Source: Chrysomallon squamiferum
Taxonomy: Eukaryota; Animalia; Mollusca
NCBI GenBank assembly: GCA_012295275.1
Contig: CM022667.1
Span: 12,834,001 to 12,898,000 of the forward strand
Reading direction: 5' to 3'
DNA length: 64,000 nucleotides
Shown here: one piece after another, positions 14,917 to 32,507 of the stretch
Layout of the letters: the number at the start of each line of letters is the position of its first letter
Position numbering within the stretch: position 1 is the stretch's first letter
Notes under the pieces: model-generated
Seen by the model: the letters and a program-made list of their open reading frames with translations, nothing else
What the model was told of the DNA's origin: nothing
The model's database searches: none
Made by a program: the position numbers and the translations under genes

Positions 14917-14988
14917 ATGGCGGACGCCTTGGTTGATCGTCCTGTGTAACTGTTGTTCTTTGCTACATTTTCGCACGAAGATAGTGAA
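14917..14988 (+). pseudogene. VIRMA: Older VIRMA exon 1 duplicate with in-frame stop
   Basis: MADALVDRPV*LLFFATFSHEDSE; flanks are diverged copies of the VIRMA promoter and intron 1. Confidence 0.85.
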
Positions 14989-16074
14989 GTAGATATAACT
15001 TATTATGATGATAAGTTTTTTCTAAATGAAAATTATTTTCACTGTTTTCGATTTGTAAATCAAATGTGTTACAAAAATGCACACAATAAAATTAATTTAT
15101 TTATTTATATTTCCGTTTATTCTTCCGGTTTTCTTAGCTAGTTTCATATTTGACTACCGTTTTGATTTCTGTTCATTACTAACTTGAATTAAGACGTTCT
15201 AACTCTGACATTTGTATGTTAAAACATTCAATAATGTCTTGCCAATGATAACAATTAATTGTATTTAAGTAGCATGGACCAATGTTTTTTTTAAAATAAA
15301 AATAGGAAACCCATTTTTTGCATACATAATAGTACATGTTTTAGAAGTTGAATGCTTTTTGTTTTAAAGAAAAAGAGTGAAAAAAATATGTTTTAATTAA
15401 TTTTTTTAGACGTCCGGTTGACGGACTTGTAAATGTTTTAAAATTTTCTGTTGTAAAACTGGTATCAAGCATTATAATGAATATATCAAAACAATCATTC
15501 AAATAACACGTGATCAGTTTGCTTTTTTCATGTAAATACCGCCTCTAATGCATTGAAAATGGAAATAAATGTTGTAAAAATAAAAAGAATTGTAATGGTT
15601 TCAAGTATCGTTTTACAACTACGTACTCAGAACTGTCTGCTGTGGAGTTTTAGCAGAGTAAAGTTTCCACAATATGGTATCTAATGAGAATAGTTATCTT
15701 CATTATTCACGCGCCAGTGTCTGTGAAAATTATTTATTTTATTTTATTATTATTATTATTATTATTTTATTATTTCATTTGTTTTAGGCTTATTATCGCA
15801 TTGTTTTTGCTGGTAAGGTCGCAGGCGAACATCTGAAAAAAAAAAAAAAATAGTAAAGCGCGGTTACGAGATGGAATGATGTCAAATTTTTTCAAAAAAA
15901 AAAAAAACAAAAATTATTCGTCCTTTGCAATGCATACACTGAATTTCTACTCAATAATAGACGTCTATGAGTAAGGCATTGATTAAATGACATATTTACC
16001 CAAATTACTTGAATAATCCATGTAGAATTGATTGCATTATGAAGGAATACGTGTTTATAAGTTTGTAAACAGTG

Positions 16075-16150
16075 ATCGGCGATCGACGTTGTCATCTTGG
16101 ACTTCGATCGGAAGTTTCCGTGAGCTCACGGAAGTTTTTAAACTTCCAAA
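16075..16150. promoter_or_regulatory. Promoter-like cluster of GGAAGT (ETS-type) dyads with a perfect 18-bp palindrome
   Basis: TTCCGTGAGCTCACGGAA at 16116-16133, flanked by acttcgatcggaagt and ggaagtttttaaacttcc; second copy at ~32800-32875. Confidence 0.45.
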
Positions 16151-17193
16151 TTCACTTATTTTACGTCTGTTTTCTGAATGTTTTTTATGATTTACAATAA
16201 CAAAGGTAAGGATGGTTCACATTATCACACCATGATGTCAGTGCCTTTCGTAACTACTTTTTCAACTGAATCAAACTTTTCAAACTGGATTATTTTTGTG
16301 CATACATTATAAATTAAAATAATAATTCGGTATAAGATTAATGTATTAACTTTTCTAGTCGGAATATTCCCCGTGTCAGAATCCAACAGAAAACAACATT
16401 CAGGTATAGCTTGCACCCATTAAATCGGCAAAATTCTTGAGGCTTTTTTCCGGTAACGTAATTTGTGCCGTTACGAGTTATCGTTCCTGTTGGTCGATGC
16501 TAATTTAAGTTGAATGTTTTTTGTTCCACTTCCAGACCTAGCGTTTGAGAGTAAGGAAAGTTGGAAATAAAGGGCAATTTATATGAGAATACTTGATGCT
16601 ATTATTACTTGTGACTATGAAATGTTATTCGTAATTAACAAGCAGAAATAAACAAAGCAGTGATGAAAATACTTATGGACGTATATAAAGTATTTGACCA
16701 GTTTTGTCCTATTTTAATCATAGGAATTTTACAATATTTTAAAATGGGAGGTTCTGCTGAAGACCAACTGTAGAATCCACTTTTATTATTTTAATTTTTA
16801 CAGTTTTTTTCATCGTTCTGTTTTGTTTCACATTTTATTAGCTAAAATATTTAACATTATTTAAATAGCATCATCAGAATGCCATGAATTCATAATATTA
16901 TTGAGCAGTCAAATAGATTAATAGCTAGAAAAATGCAGAATCTAGCAATTTTTGTATTAATACGAGAAAATTGATTATCTGGGGTTTTTTTAAATATTTT
17001 TAAATAGTTTAAAATTTTTAAAAGATTTTATTTTTTTGTCTGTTACACAACATGAAAATATTGTTTGAAGAAGAGTTTATCTCCCTTTCTCTTTTGTCAG
17101 TCGTGCTATTTTTTGAAATATAAAAAATTTATTTTAACTATTATGTTTGATGTTAATATTAGATGTTTGTCCAAACACGTGCATGGTACTTTA

Positions 17194-17257
<64 letters not shown>

Positions 17258-18587
17258 TTGAACACCATTTATGTGTGATTGTATTTTACTTAAGCAGTGT
17301 TGTAGATTTAAGTTAATTACACAGTCTATAAGAACGTCACTCCCTAACTGAAAATATTAATTATAGTAAAAAGAAAAAATTAAAAATGTAAAAGATAAAG
17401 AAATAAAAATGGATAAATGAACAAATATTGTACTGAAAAATACATAAACATTTTATTTACCAACACCTCAGCATATTATTTTAAAAACTCACAACAAAAG
17501 AACCCCCAAAAAACCCCACATACTTTTATGTAATGAAAATAAAAATCCAGATATGCATCAAAGTATTTTAAAGTTAATTCTTATTAGTTCTGTCTACATT
17601 TATAATATGAGTGTTAATCACTTAAGAATTTAACGTTAAAAGTTATTTGCTATAAACATACGTAAATGCATTTGGGCGCGCACAGACATACATATAGAAC
17701 AGAACATACATCTGAGTCCTTTTATAAACCAGCAATCATGGAACTCTGCATGGAATTGGTAAATGTGCCAAAGCGAGTATGCTGAGAACTGATCAGATGA
17801 ACAAAGGTAACGACACTGATCTGCAGCCTTCTCGTCGATACGTCTATACAAATTATTTCTTAGATTATTTTAATTTAGCAAACACAACGTAATTATGACA
17901 CAAATGTACGCACTACATCTTCTTAATAAAAGTTTAATAAACGGACATTTTCTGTTTTACTAGCGTCGATTTAAGGACTGGTTTAATTGCATGTTTAATT
18001 TTGAACGTTATTTGAAAAATTATATTTAATTTAATAAATATAAGAAAGAAATAGTAATAAACTTTATGAATATTTGAAACTGAACTGCTGAGTTTTTGAA
18101 TCTCTTTGTAACCATTTTGCTATCGTTATGCGGGGTCTCATAGCGTAGAAGCTTGCCATGTTCAAATTTTCCCTATGTAGTTTGTATACTCAAAGCGCTA
18201 TCGAATGTAAACGAGGTATTCTTTGTAATGTTAGATTATAATTTTAATAATTCATTTATCATTTTAATCTATGTTTACTGTTTAATAGGCGAATTACTAG
18301 AACTCAACAGTTACGTTAATCACCATGAATGTGTTATGATACCTGACATCTATGCACTCGAATATATCAAATCTTATCAGTGCCACAGAATTTATCACAA
18401 CGATCAAACTGAAATGTACTCGCCTAGCTACAAAATCTTCATTAACAAAAGTATCTAGCCCAACAATTAATTTTACTCGTCTTGAGATTTGTATCCCAAT
18501 AAAAACCATTTTTCAACAAGACGTTGCACAGCATATAATAATATAAATACTGTCATTAGAAGGTTATGTATGATTAAATACATTATG

Positions 18588-18593
18588 TTTATT
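18588..18593 (-). promoter_or_regulatory. Candidate polyadenylation signal of receptor copy B
   Basis: AATAAA about 45 nt after the stop, also present in copy C (35061-35066). AATAAA is common in AT-rich DNA. Confidence 0.35.
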
Positions 18594-18636
18594 GTCTTAT
18601 ATAACGTATACCTCATTATTGTTAACTCTGGTACAA

Positions 18637-21945
<3,309 letters not shown>

Positions 21946-22398
21946 TGTGAAAAAAGCTTTTAGGTTATCTGTAAAGATTACCAATAACTTTGAATATGAA
22001 GATCACTAGAAATCACAATATCAAGAATCATGGTCGTTTATAATGATGATGATAATGAAGTGTACACGTGTATCATGTTAATATGGCTCTCTTTCTGTCT
22101 GTATGTATGTTGACATCATGTTGGTGTGAATGTGTGTCTGTTTATCTGTGAAATATGTTTATGAGCATGAATACATATTTGTGTGTGTGTGTGTGTGTGA
22201 ATGTGGATATTTATATCTATGTGTTTATCAATGTATGTATGTATCTGTCTATATGTATGTATGTATGTATGTATGAACGTATGTATCTATATATATCTGA
22301 GTTTATGCAAGTATGATGGATAGTTATAAGCATATGAGATAATACTATCGGTATATATTAACTGGGATGAGTACGCTAAAATGTAAGGAAATAACTAA

Positions 22399-22484
<86 letters not shown>

Positions 22485-23593
22485 TAATAAAAAGGTCATG
22501 ATGAAAAAGAAAAAAGATATGACGAAAGAAGAAATGGAAGAAAAAAGTGCTCGAAGAAGCAATAACAAACAGCAGTACAGAAAGTGATGAGAAAAAGAAG
22601 AAAATAATGAGACAGAAAGAAAAAGCAATTAGAATAATTAAAAGAAACAAAATAATAATAATAAAGAAATACAAAACAAAACAACGAATAAACTAAAAGA
22701 TATACTAATCTATTCTACAACAAAATAATAGAGAAAAATGTATAAATTTTATAAACAAAAGCAGAAACTTACATTTTAAACTCTAAACGATCTCTAAAAG
22801 TGCTTTTCTCCAAATACTCAGCACCACGTCTTCTTCTAATGTTAGTAGCAGAATTATGCGGGGTACTTTTCTTTGTGTATACCCAACGTAATATTTTGTA
22901 CTAGGAAGTTCAGATCATGTTTCATTTGCATATATGGTTCATTATAATATCTTCAGTGTTTTGTGCGGGTGCTGTAGTGTGTATAAGATTTTGTTTTGGA
23001 TAATATTTTCTATACATTCTTTTTTGCAATTGCTTTGTGACGAAATGATTAGTGAAGCCTGAAAAGCGACAATCTAAGTTAAATATTTTCTTCAAGTAGT
23101 GAAATAACGCGACTTAAATAAATAAATAAATAAGAATCTCTCAAAAGAAATATATATAAATAAATAAATAAATAAATAAATAAGAATCTCTCAAAAGAAA
23201 TATATATAAATAAACGAGAAATAAAAAAGTAAAATAAACATAAAAAAATGTATTTAGGTGTGTGTGTGTGTGTATGTATGAACACGTGTATATATGTGTA
23301 CTTATGTACGTACGTATATGTTTTTGTATGAATATATATATAATCTGATGTGTATATGTGTATTATGCATACTGGTCTTTCATTTAAAAATAATACACGG
23401 TTGATTTATTTTTCAGAACAGTTTATTTTAGAAACATAAAAGATGGAAATATACCCATTTGCACTACCAGAGAATGCATAACTGATAATAAAAGTAAAAA
23501 ACCAATACAGTTATAATAAGTAAAATAAATAAAATTCATAACCCGATTGTTGCATGGCACAGTTTACTTGCATGCTGTAAATAATACTTCAGC

Positions 23594-23629
<36 letters not shown>

Positions 23630-24657
23630 ATATTTGTAGTGACGGTCATGGCAAAGTATGTTTCAGATGAATGTTATTTCATTTCATTGAGGTTTAAAGC
23701 AGAAAGACTAACGTTAAATATATTCGATGGCAGAAAGAAAAAGCAATTAGAATAATTTTAAAATAATAATAATAATAATAAATAAATAAAAATAAATACA
23801 AAATTAAATAATAATAATTAAAAATTAAAAAAAATAAAGAAAAAAAAATAAAGAAAAAAGATACGAATATGGTAAAAGAGGTAAGAATCTGAATGAAAAA
23901 CAAAATAACATAGAAAAATGTATGAATTTTGCAAACAAAAGCAGAAACTTACATTTTAAACTTTAAACGATCTGTTTTAAAAAGTCCTTTTCTCCAAATA
24001 CTTATCACCACGTCTTCTTATAATGTTTCTTGCAGAATTATTCAGGTTATTTTTCTTTGTGTATAACCTACGTAATACTTGATAGGAGGAAGTTCAGATT
24101 ATGTTTCAGTTGCCTCTGCGGTTTATCATAATATCTTTGCGTTTTGTGCGGGTGCTGTTGTGTGAAACATTTTCTTTTATGGTTACATGTTCTTTACTTT
24201 TTTCTTTCTTTCTTTTTTTTTTTTTTTTTTTTTTTTTTCGTTTGGTTTGTCACGAAATATTTAGTGATGGATGAAAAGTCCTTTTCTCCAAACACTTATC
24301 ACTGCGTCTTCTTCTAATGTTTCTGGCAGAATTATTCAGGTTATTGTGCTATTCACAATTTTGTAGGACGAAGTTCAGATCATATTTCACTTGCGTATAA
24401 GGTTTGTCATAATATCTTTGCGTTTTGTGCTGGTGTTGTTATGTGTAGCAGTTTCTTTTAAGGTAATATCTTCGTTATCTTTTTATTTTATTTTATTTAT
24501 TTTTTTAAAAAAATTTATTATTTTGTTTTTTTCTTTTCATTTCTTTTTTTTTTTTTTTGCTTTCGGTTTATGACGAAATGGTTAGTGATCAGTGAAAGGC
24601 AGAAATCAAAGTTAATATTTTTGTGAGGTAATGCAATAATGGAATTTACGTTGTACG

Positions 24658-24712
<55 letters not shown>

Positions 24713-25611
24713 GTAAATAGGAAACTCTCAAAGACCTGTCCCCACAAAAAAAAAAAAAAAAAAAAAAAATTAAAATAAAATAAACAATAAACCCACAACA
24801 GACAAAACCTAAAAAAATCAATGTATTTAGGTATGTGTGTATGTGTTCGTATGTGTGTACAGACGTGTGTGTATATGTGTGCGTATTCATGTATGTATGT
24901 ATGTATTTGTGTACGTATGTAGAGTATGCGTACTGATCTTTCATTTAAAAATAATATTAACTATATGAATTATTATTTTAGAACGTTTCATTTACTCTTC
25001 AAGATATATTTTAGATCTTCCTTTTTACAAAGATTAAAAAATACAAATATACCCATTTGCACTACCAGAGAATGCATAATTGATAATGAAAGAGAAAAAA
25101 AACAAATACAGTTATGATAAATAAATTCATTGTCAGAAATAAAAGTTTTCATATAGTATATGTTGTTGGCCTATTGATAAATGTTAATTTGTTTTAGTTT
25201 GAAAAAAAGTTAAGTTAGGCAAAAGACAACTGAAGTTCCTAACGAAGAGAAAGTCACTCATTTTCTGAAGCGAAAACACCGGAGGATGACGTGTACATTC
25301 CTGTATATGGGAAGTTATTATAAGTGTTCGGTTGCTGCTAACTGAAAAGAGTTGTACGTCCACCGCTTGATGACAGTGGATTTCACCTGTAATTATCTGC
25401 GTATACATCTAAACTTAACAGGTTCACTTAAAAGTCACTGTAGTTATGTCGTACAACGCCATGGAACAATGTACTTACATCAGTCTGGCATTAATACCTA
25501 TGTTGTTGAATTTAATTGGTTAAAATTCTTTAATTAAACCTGATTTACGGGGTAGAACCCCATCTAAACGCGATAACTGCGCTGGGAGGAAATTACGGAA
25601 AACATTTAGCT

Positions 25612-25814
25612 ATGGCGGACGCGTTGGTAGAGCCTCCTGTGGAACTGTTGTTCTTTGATACATTTTCGCACGAAGATAGTGAAGTAGCTATAGCTTATTT
25701 ATTTAAAAATAAATCAAATATTTTGTTTGAGCAAAAGGCATACAAAAACCTTTAATATTTCCGAAAAAACAGTGTATGTCACAGAAACTTTTGAACACAC
25801 ACACAAACACACAC

Positions 25815-25874
<60 letters not shown>

Positions 25875-26584
25875 GTATGCTAATCAAATCCATTTTGTAG
25901 CAGACACCGATAAATCCCTGACATAAATTCACTGAAATTCTTTGATTAGTTTTTAAAAAATTGACAAATGACAAGCACCTTTTTTTCACATAGTCACAGC
26001 TCTGTTTGTCCACCCAGCTTATGTGAATTTGTGGCCTTATCGAGATGGTGGCAAGTTATTTCTCTGAATTAAATGTCATTTATTTTGCATATATTAGTGT
26101 TAACAATGGAGTACTTTGATACTGTTCAGGAGCTAGTATTTATTTTCACCAGTTGGGCACAAGAAGAGAGTTAATTCTGCAAATTCAGTTTCACACACAC
26201 AAAAAAAAATGTGATGTACCAATGCTGTGAAAAAGTGATCATCCTTTGCTACAGACACTTTGTGTGTGCAAACTGGAGACATGTAATCATTACTTAATCA
26301 TGCATTTTTATAATATTATAGTTTTGTTATAATCAGCATTGAAATGTATTTATTTATTTAGAAGTCTTGACAAATTATAAATTCAGTTAAATTAAAATGT
26401 TTAATGTTTTTATATTTGAACACTTCAGATGAATATCTGAGTGAAATGTAGTGATGCTTTCATAATAATAATAATAATAAATCTTGATATCATTCAGGGC
26501 TACCAACCCGTCAAGTTTCAAGCTGGAATTGTTTGTCAACAATCTTGGCAAATCAAATGCTTTAACATTTGAGCAGCTTGGCTA
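25612..26584 (+). pseudogene. VIRMA: VIRMA 5' partial duplicate: exon 1 (25612-25683) and exon 3 (26498-26584); exon 2 deleted
   Basis: Near-identical to 6681-7657. Confidence 0.9.
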
Positions 26585-26847
26585 GTAAGTATTCATGAAA
26601 AATATATTTTGAGTAACTGGAATGCAGATTTTTCGCTTGTTAAATCGGTAACTCAGTCCCCAGTGCATTCATTTCAGCCAATACAAAGTATGTTCTTTGC
26701 TAGTGGAAGATGTAGGTAGAAGTTTCTTTGTTGGTAATTAAAAAGAATAGTTATAAAAAGTTATAAAATAGTATGCATCCTTTCACATAATAACTATATT
26801 AGGTGTCATAAAACATATATATATATATATATAAATATATATAATAT

Positions 26848-27819
26848 AAAATCCGGAGATTTAGAGGGTCAGGGCAGGACCTGAATGTTATTGTTGTGTA
26901 GGTACGCTGTTGTGAGTCTGGTATCGCATTCTCGTGCTGGAATACAGCATTACCATTATTCATAATTGGAGCGACATGTGGCTGCAAAATTTCATCTGGA
27001 TATCTCTGTGTCGTTAAGTTGCCTTGGATGTGAACCAGGTTGGTCCTGCCAGTGTATGAGATTGCTGCCCACACCATCACACTACCACCGTCCAATCTGT
27101 CCCCTTCCTGTATGTAGTTTGCAGCAAAACGTTCACCACGACGTCTGTAAACTCGACATCTTCCATCAGCTCGACGAAGCAGAAATCGAGCCTCGTCATT
27201 AAACCAGTCAGTTCTCCGTCGTAACTGAGGCCAGACGCTGTGCAGTTGACACCACTGACGTCGTAGTCGACGATGTTGTTGAGTCAAAACCACACTTCTT
27301 ACAGGCCGTCTGGCTCGAATACCTGCCTCGCGCAAACGATTGCACACTGTCTGAGCCGATATTCTACGCAGACCTGGATTTGCTGAAGCAGTAGAGGTAG
27401 CCGTGGTGATCCTTTCCCGTAGAGGAAGTACCCGTGTGTAGAGGTCCTGGGCCCTGGTGGTCTACACGTGGTCTACCTGATCAGGGACGTGTTGTTTGGT
27501 GTTGCTGGAACCGATACTACAATCTTGGGGATACATGGAACACTCGGGCTACAGCCGAGAAGGATTCGCCAGCTTGTAAACGGCCAATGGCGTTGTTTCA
27601 TTGCGGTTCACTCGGTCGTGGCATTTGTTTGATGTTGGGTAAGAACAAAAATAACGAACAGAAGCATTCGAAAACCTTGCATTTTTATAACCCTCGTATT
27701 CAAGTTTCTTGTGCCTCACGTGCAGATGTCCTGTTAACGTGGTTTGCATGCGGGGACGTTTTCGCTAATAAACATGATCGTAGCCTTTATTTTGTGTTTC
27801 CTGCTTTTTGGCGACTGTA
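26848..27819 (-). mobile_element. Second copy of the same decayed Tc1/mariner element (copied by segmental duplication)
   Basis: Same lesions, truncation and flanks as 7924-8894. Confidence 0.9.
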
Positions 27820-27942
27820 ACAAAAGCTATACGTTTGAATCACGAAATGTCATTATATTCATAGTTTGATATGTGTCAGTTTACAATAGTTATCTAACAA
27901 ATCAACCAGTTTGCCTTTCTTTTTTGGGAGAGTATAGATGCA

Positions 27943-29178
<1,236 letters not shown>

Positions 29179-29557
29179 GTTGAAAAAAAAAGCGTTTAGG
29201 TTTTCTGCAAAATATTACAAATACCTTTGAACATTGAGTGGAGAGTTGAAAGATAAGAACTCTGCACTCGTGTCTAAATCGCTACGTAGCTGACTAGTCA
29301 GATAAAAAAGATAAAAAACACATTAAGACATGAAATTTATCTAATCATTATTTACTTTGCATGTTAGTATTTAGAAAAATCATACAAAACCTTTTCCAAA
29401 ATTTTATTACTGATAGTTTTACAACTGACAGCAAATATAGTTATCAATAGAGAGAGAGAGAGAGTGTGTATGTGTATGTGTTAGTTTATGTGTTTGTATG
29501 TATGTGTGTGTGCGTAGGAAAGTAAGTAGGACCACTCTAAATTACATTACTACTTAC

Positions 29558-29728
29558 ATTACTCATTATAACAGTATGTATAGCATAGGGTGAATCCTTA
29601 TCAACAATGCCTCTTCCAATTTTGATTTCAGTGTTCGACTCTAGAATAACAGCATAAGGATCTTCATCCAGTGTGTTAACTTGTTTCTGGCTGTCTGTTA
29701 GCGTATATGAGTTTTCATGCGATGTCAT
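29558..29728 (-). pseudogene. Extra tandem receptor tail exon (open 57 codons with donor)
   Basis: MTSHENSYTL...DEDPYAVILES...DKDSPYAIHTVIMSN|gtaagt, 550 bp upstream of the D' tail exon. Confidence 0.7.
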
Positions 29729-30286
29729 GGTGAAAAAAAGGCTTTTAGTTTCTCTGCAAAAAATTACAAATAACTTTGAACATGCAGATCACTAGAAATC
29801 ATAATATGTTAGGATGATGTAGTCTGTGATGTTGAAGTGTACACGTGTATCATGTTACTATAGCTCTCTTTCTGTCTGTATGTATGTTGACATGCATGTT
29901 GGTCTAAATGCATGTCTCTGTGTGTGTATGACGTTTGTGAGCATGAGCATATACATGAATGTATGTATATATGCATCTGGATCTTTATATATATTTGTGT
30001 GAATGTAGGATGTAAGTGACTCTGTCTGTCTGTATGTATGTATATGTATGTATATGTGGACAGTTATGAGGATATCAGAAAATACTATGCATTTGTATAT
30101 GTATACGGATATTTGTATGTATGTGTTTTTACATGTGTATATTAGTGTTTACGTATGTAGGATGTATGTGTATGTATAAATATATGTATCTATGTATATG
30201 TGTATTTCTATAAGTATGATGGACAGTTATGAAGTTATCGGGTATATTAATCGGGATGTGTACTCAACAGTGCAAGGAAATAGGTC

Positions 30287-30364
<78 letters not shown>

Positions 30365-31065
30365 GTAGTAGTAGTAATACTTTAAAAACAAATGAAAGGT
30401 AATATAAAGAAGAATCAAATATATGAGTAAGCTAAATTATTCGGGGTATTTTTCTTTGTAAATACCCAACGTAGTGTTTTGTACAAGGAAGTTCAGTTTC
30501 AATTGCTTATACGGTTTATCATAACATCTTTGTGGTTTGTGTGTAGATTTTTTTTTTTTTTTGAAAAAATATAAGTTACATATTTTTATGAGGTAATGCA
30601 ATAATGCGTCTTATGTTGTAAGTAAATAAATAAGAATCTCTCAAAAGAAATATATATAAATAAACAACAAATAAAAAAGTAAAATAAACATAAAAAATGT
30701 ATTTAGGTGTGTGTGTGTGTGTGTGTGTATGAACATGTGTATATATGTATACTTATGTACGTACTTATATTTTTTTGTATGTATGTATATATAATATGAT
30801 GTGTATATGTCTATTATGCATACTGGTCTTTCATTTAAAAATAATATACGGTTGATTTATTTTTCAGAACATTTTACTTTAGAAACATAAAAGATGGAAA
30901 TATACCCATTTGCACTACCAGAGAATGCACAACTGATAATAAAAGTAAAAAACCAATATAGTTATAATAAGTAAAATAAATAAAATTCGTAAGCGACTGT
31001 TGCATGGCACAGTTTACTTGCATGCTGTAAATAATACTTTAGCGACACCCACACAGCCACACACA

Positions 31066-31108
<43 letters not shown>

Positions 31109-31327
31109 TTGTAGTGACGGTCATAGCAAAGTATGTTTCAGGTGAATGTTATTTCATTTCATTGACGTCTAAAGCAGAAGGACTCATGTTAAATATGTTC
31201 TTTGTCAGAAATAAGAGTTTTGATATAGTATATCGTGTTGGCATATTGATAAATGTTATTTTTCTTTGCAGTATTGAAAAAAGTCAGTGATGACAGCAAG
31301 AAGAATCAATTAGAATAATAAAAAATA

Positions 31328-31370
<43 letters not shown>

Positions 31371-31715
31371 CATAGAAAAAGAAGAAGAACGTCTAGAAGA
31401 AGAAGAAAAAAGATACGACGAAAGAGGAAATGGAAGAAGAAGAAGAGCTCGAAGAAGCAGTGACAAACAGCAGTACAGAAACTAATGAGAAAAAGAAGAA
31501 TGAACTGAAAGAAGAATAAAATGATGAAAGAAAGAAAAAGCAATTAGAATAATTTTAAAATAATACTTTTAATAATAAACGAGTTTTTAAAAGTCCTTTT
31601 CTCCAAATACTCAGCATCACACCTTCTTCTGATCTTACTAGAAGAATTATTCGGGATATTTTTCTGTGTGTATAACCAACGTAATGTTTTGTACCAGGAA
31701 GTTCAGATCATATTC

Positions 31716-31915
31716 NNNNNNNNNNNNNNNNNNNNNNNNNNNNNNNNNNNNNNNNNNNNNNNNNNNNNNNNNNNNNNNNNNNNNNNNNNNNNNNNNNNNN
31801 NNNNNNNNNNNNNNNNNNNNNNNNNNNNNNNNNNNNNNNNNNNNNNNNNNNNNNNNNNNNNNNNNNNNNNNNNNNNNNNNNNNNNNNNNNNNNNNNNNNN
31901 NNNNNNNNNNNNNNN
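31716..31915. other. Assembly gap (200 N)
   Basis: Run of N. Confidence 1.
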
Positions 31916-32460
31916 GAATTAAGACGTTCTACTCTGACATTTGCATGTTAAAACATTCAATAATGTTTGCCAATGATAACAATTAATTGTATTTAAGTAG
32001 CATAGACCAAAGTTTTTTTTTAAAATACATATAGGAAACCCATTTTTTGCATACATAGTACATGTTTTAGAAGTTGAATGCTTTTTGTTTTAAAGAAAAA
32101 GAGAGAAAAAATATTTTTTAATTAATTTTTTTATTCGTCCGGTTGACGGACTTATAAATGTTTTAAAATGTTCGGTTGTAAAACTGGTATCAAGCATTAT
32201 AATGAATATATCAAAACAATCATTCAAATAACACATGATAAGTTTCCTTTTTACATGTAAATACCGCCTCTAATGCATTGAAAATGGAAATAAATATTGT
32301 AAAAGTAAAAAGAATTATAATGGTTTCAAGTATCGTTTTACAACTACGTACTCAGAACTGTCTGCTGTGGAGTTTTAGCAGAGTAAAGTTTCCACAATAT
32401 GGTATCTAATGAGAATAGTTATCTTCATATTCACGCACCAGTGTCTGTGAAAATTATTTA

Positions 32461-32507
<47 letters not shown>

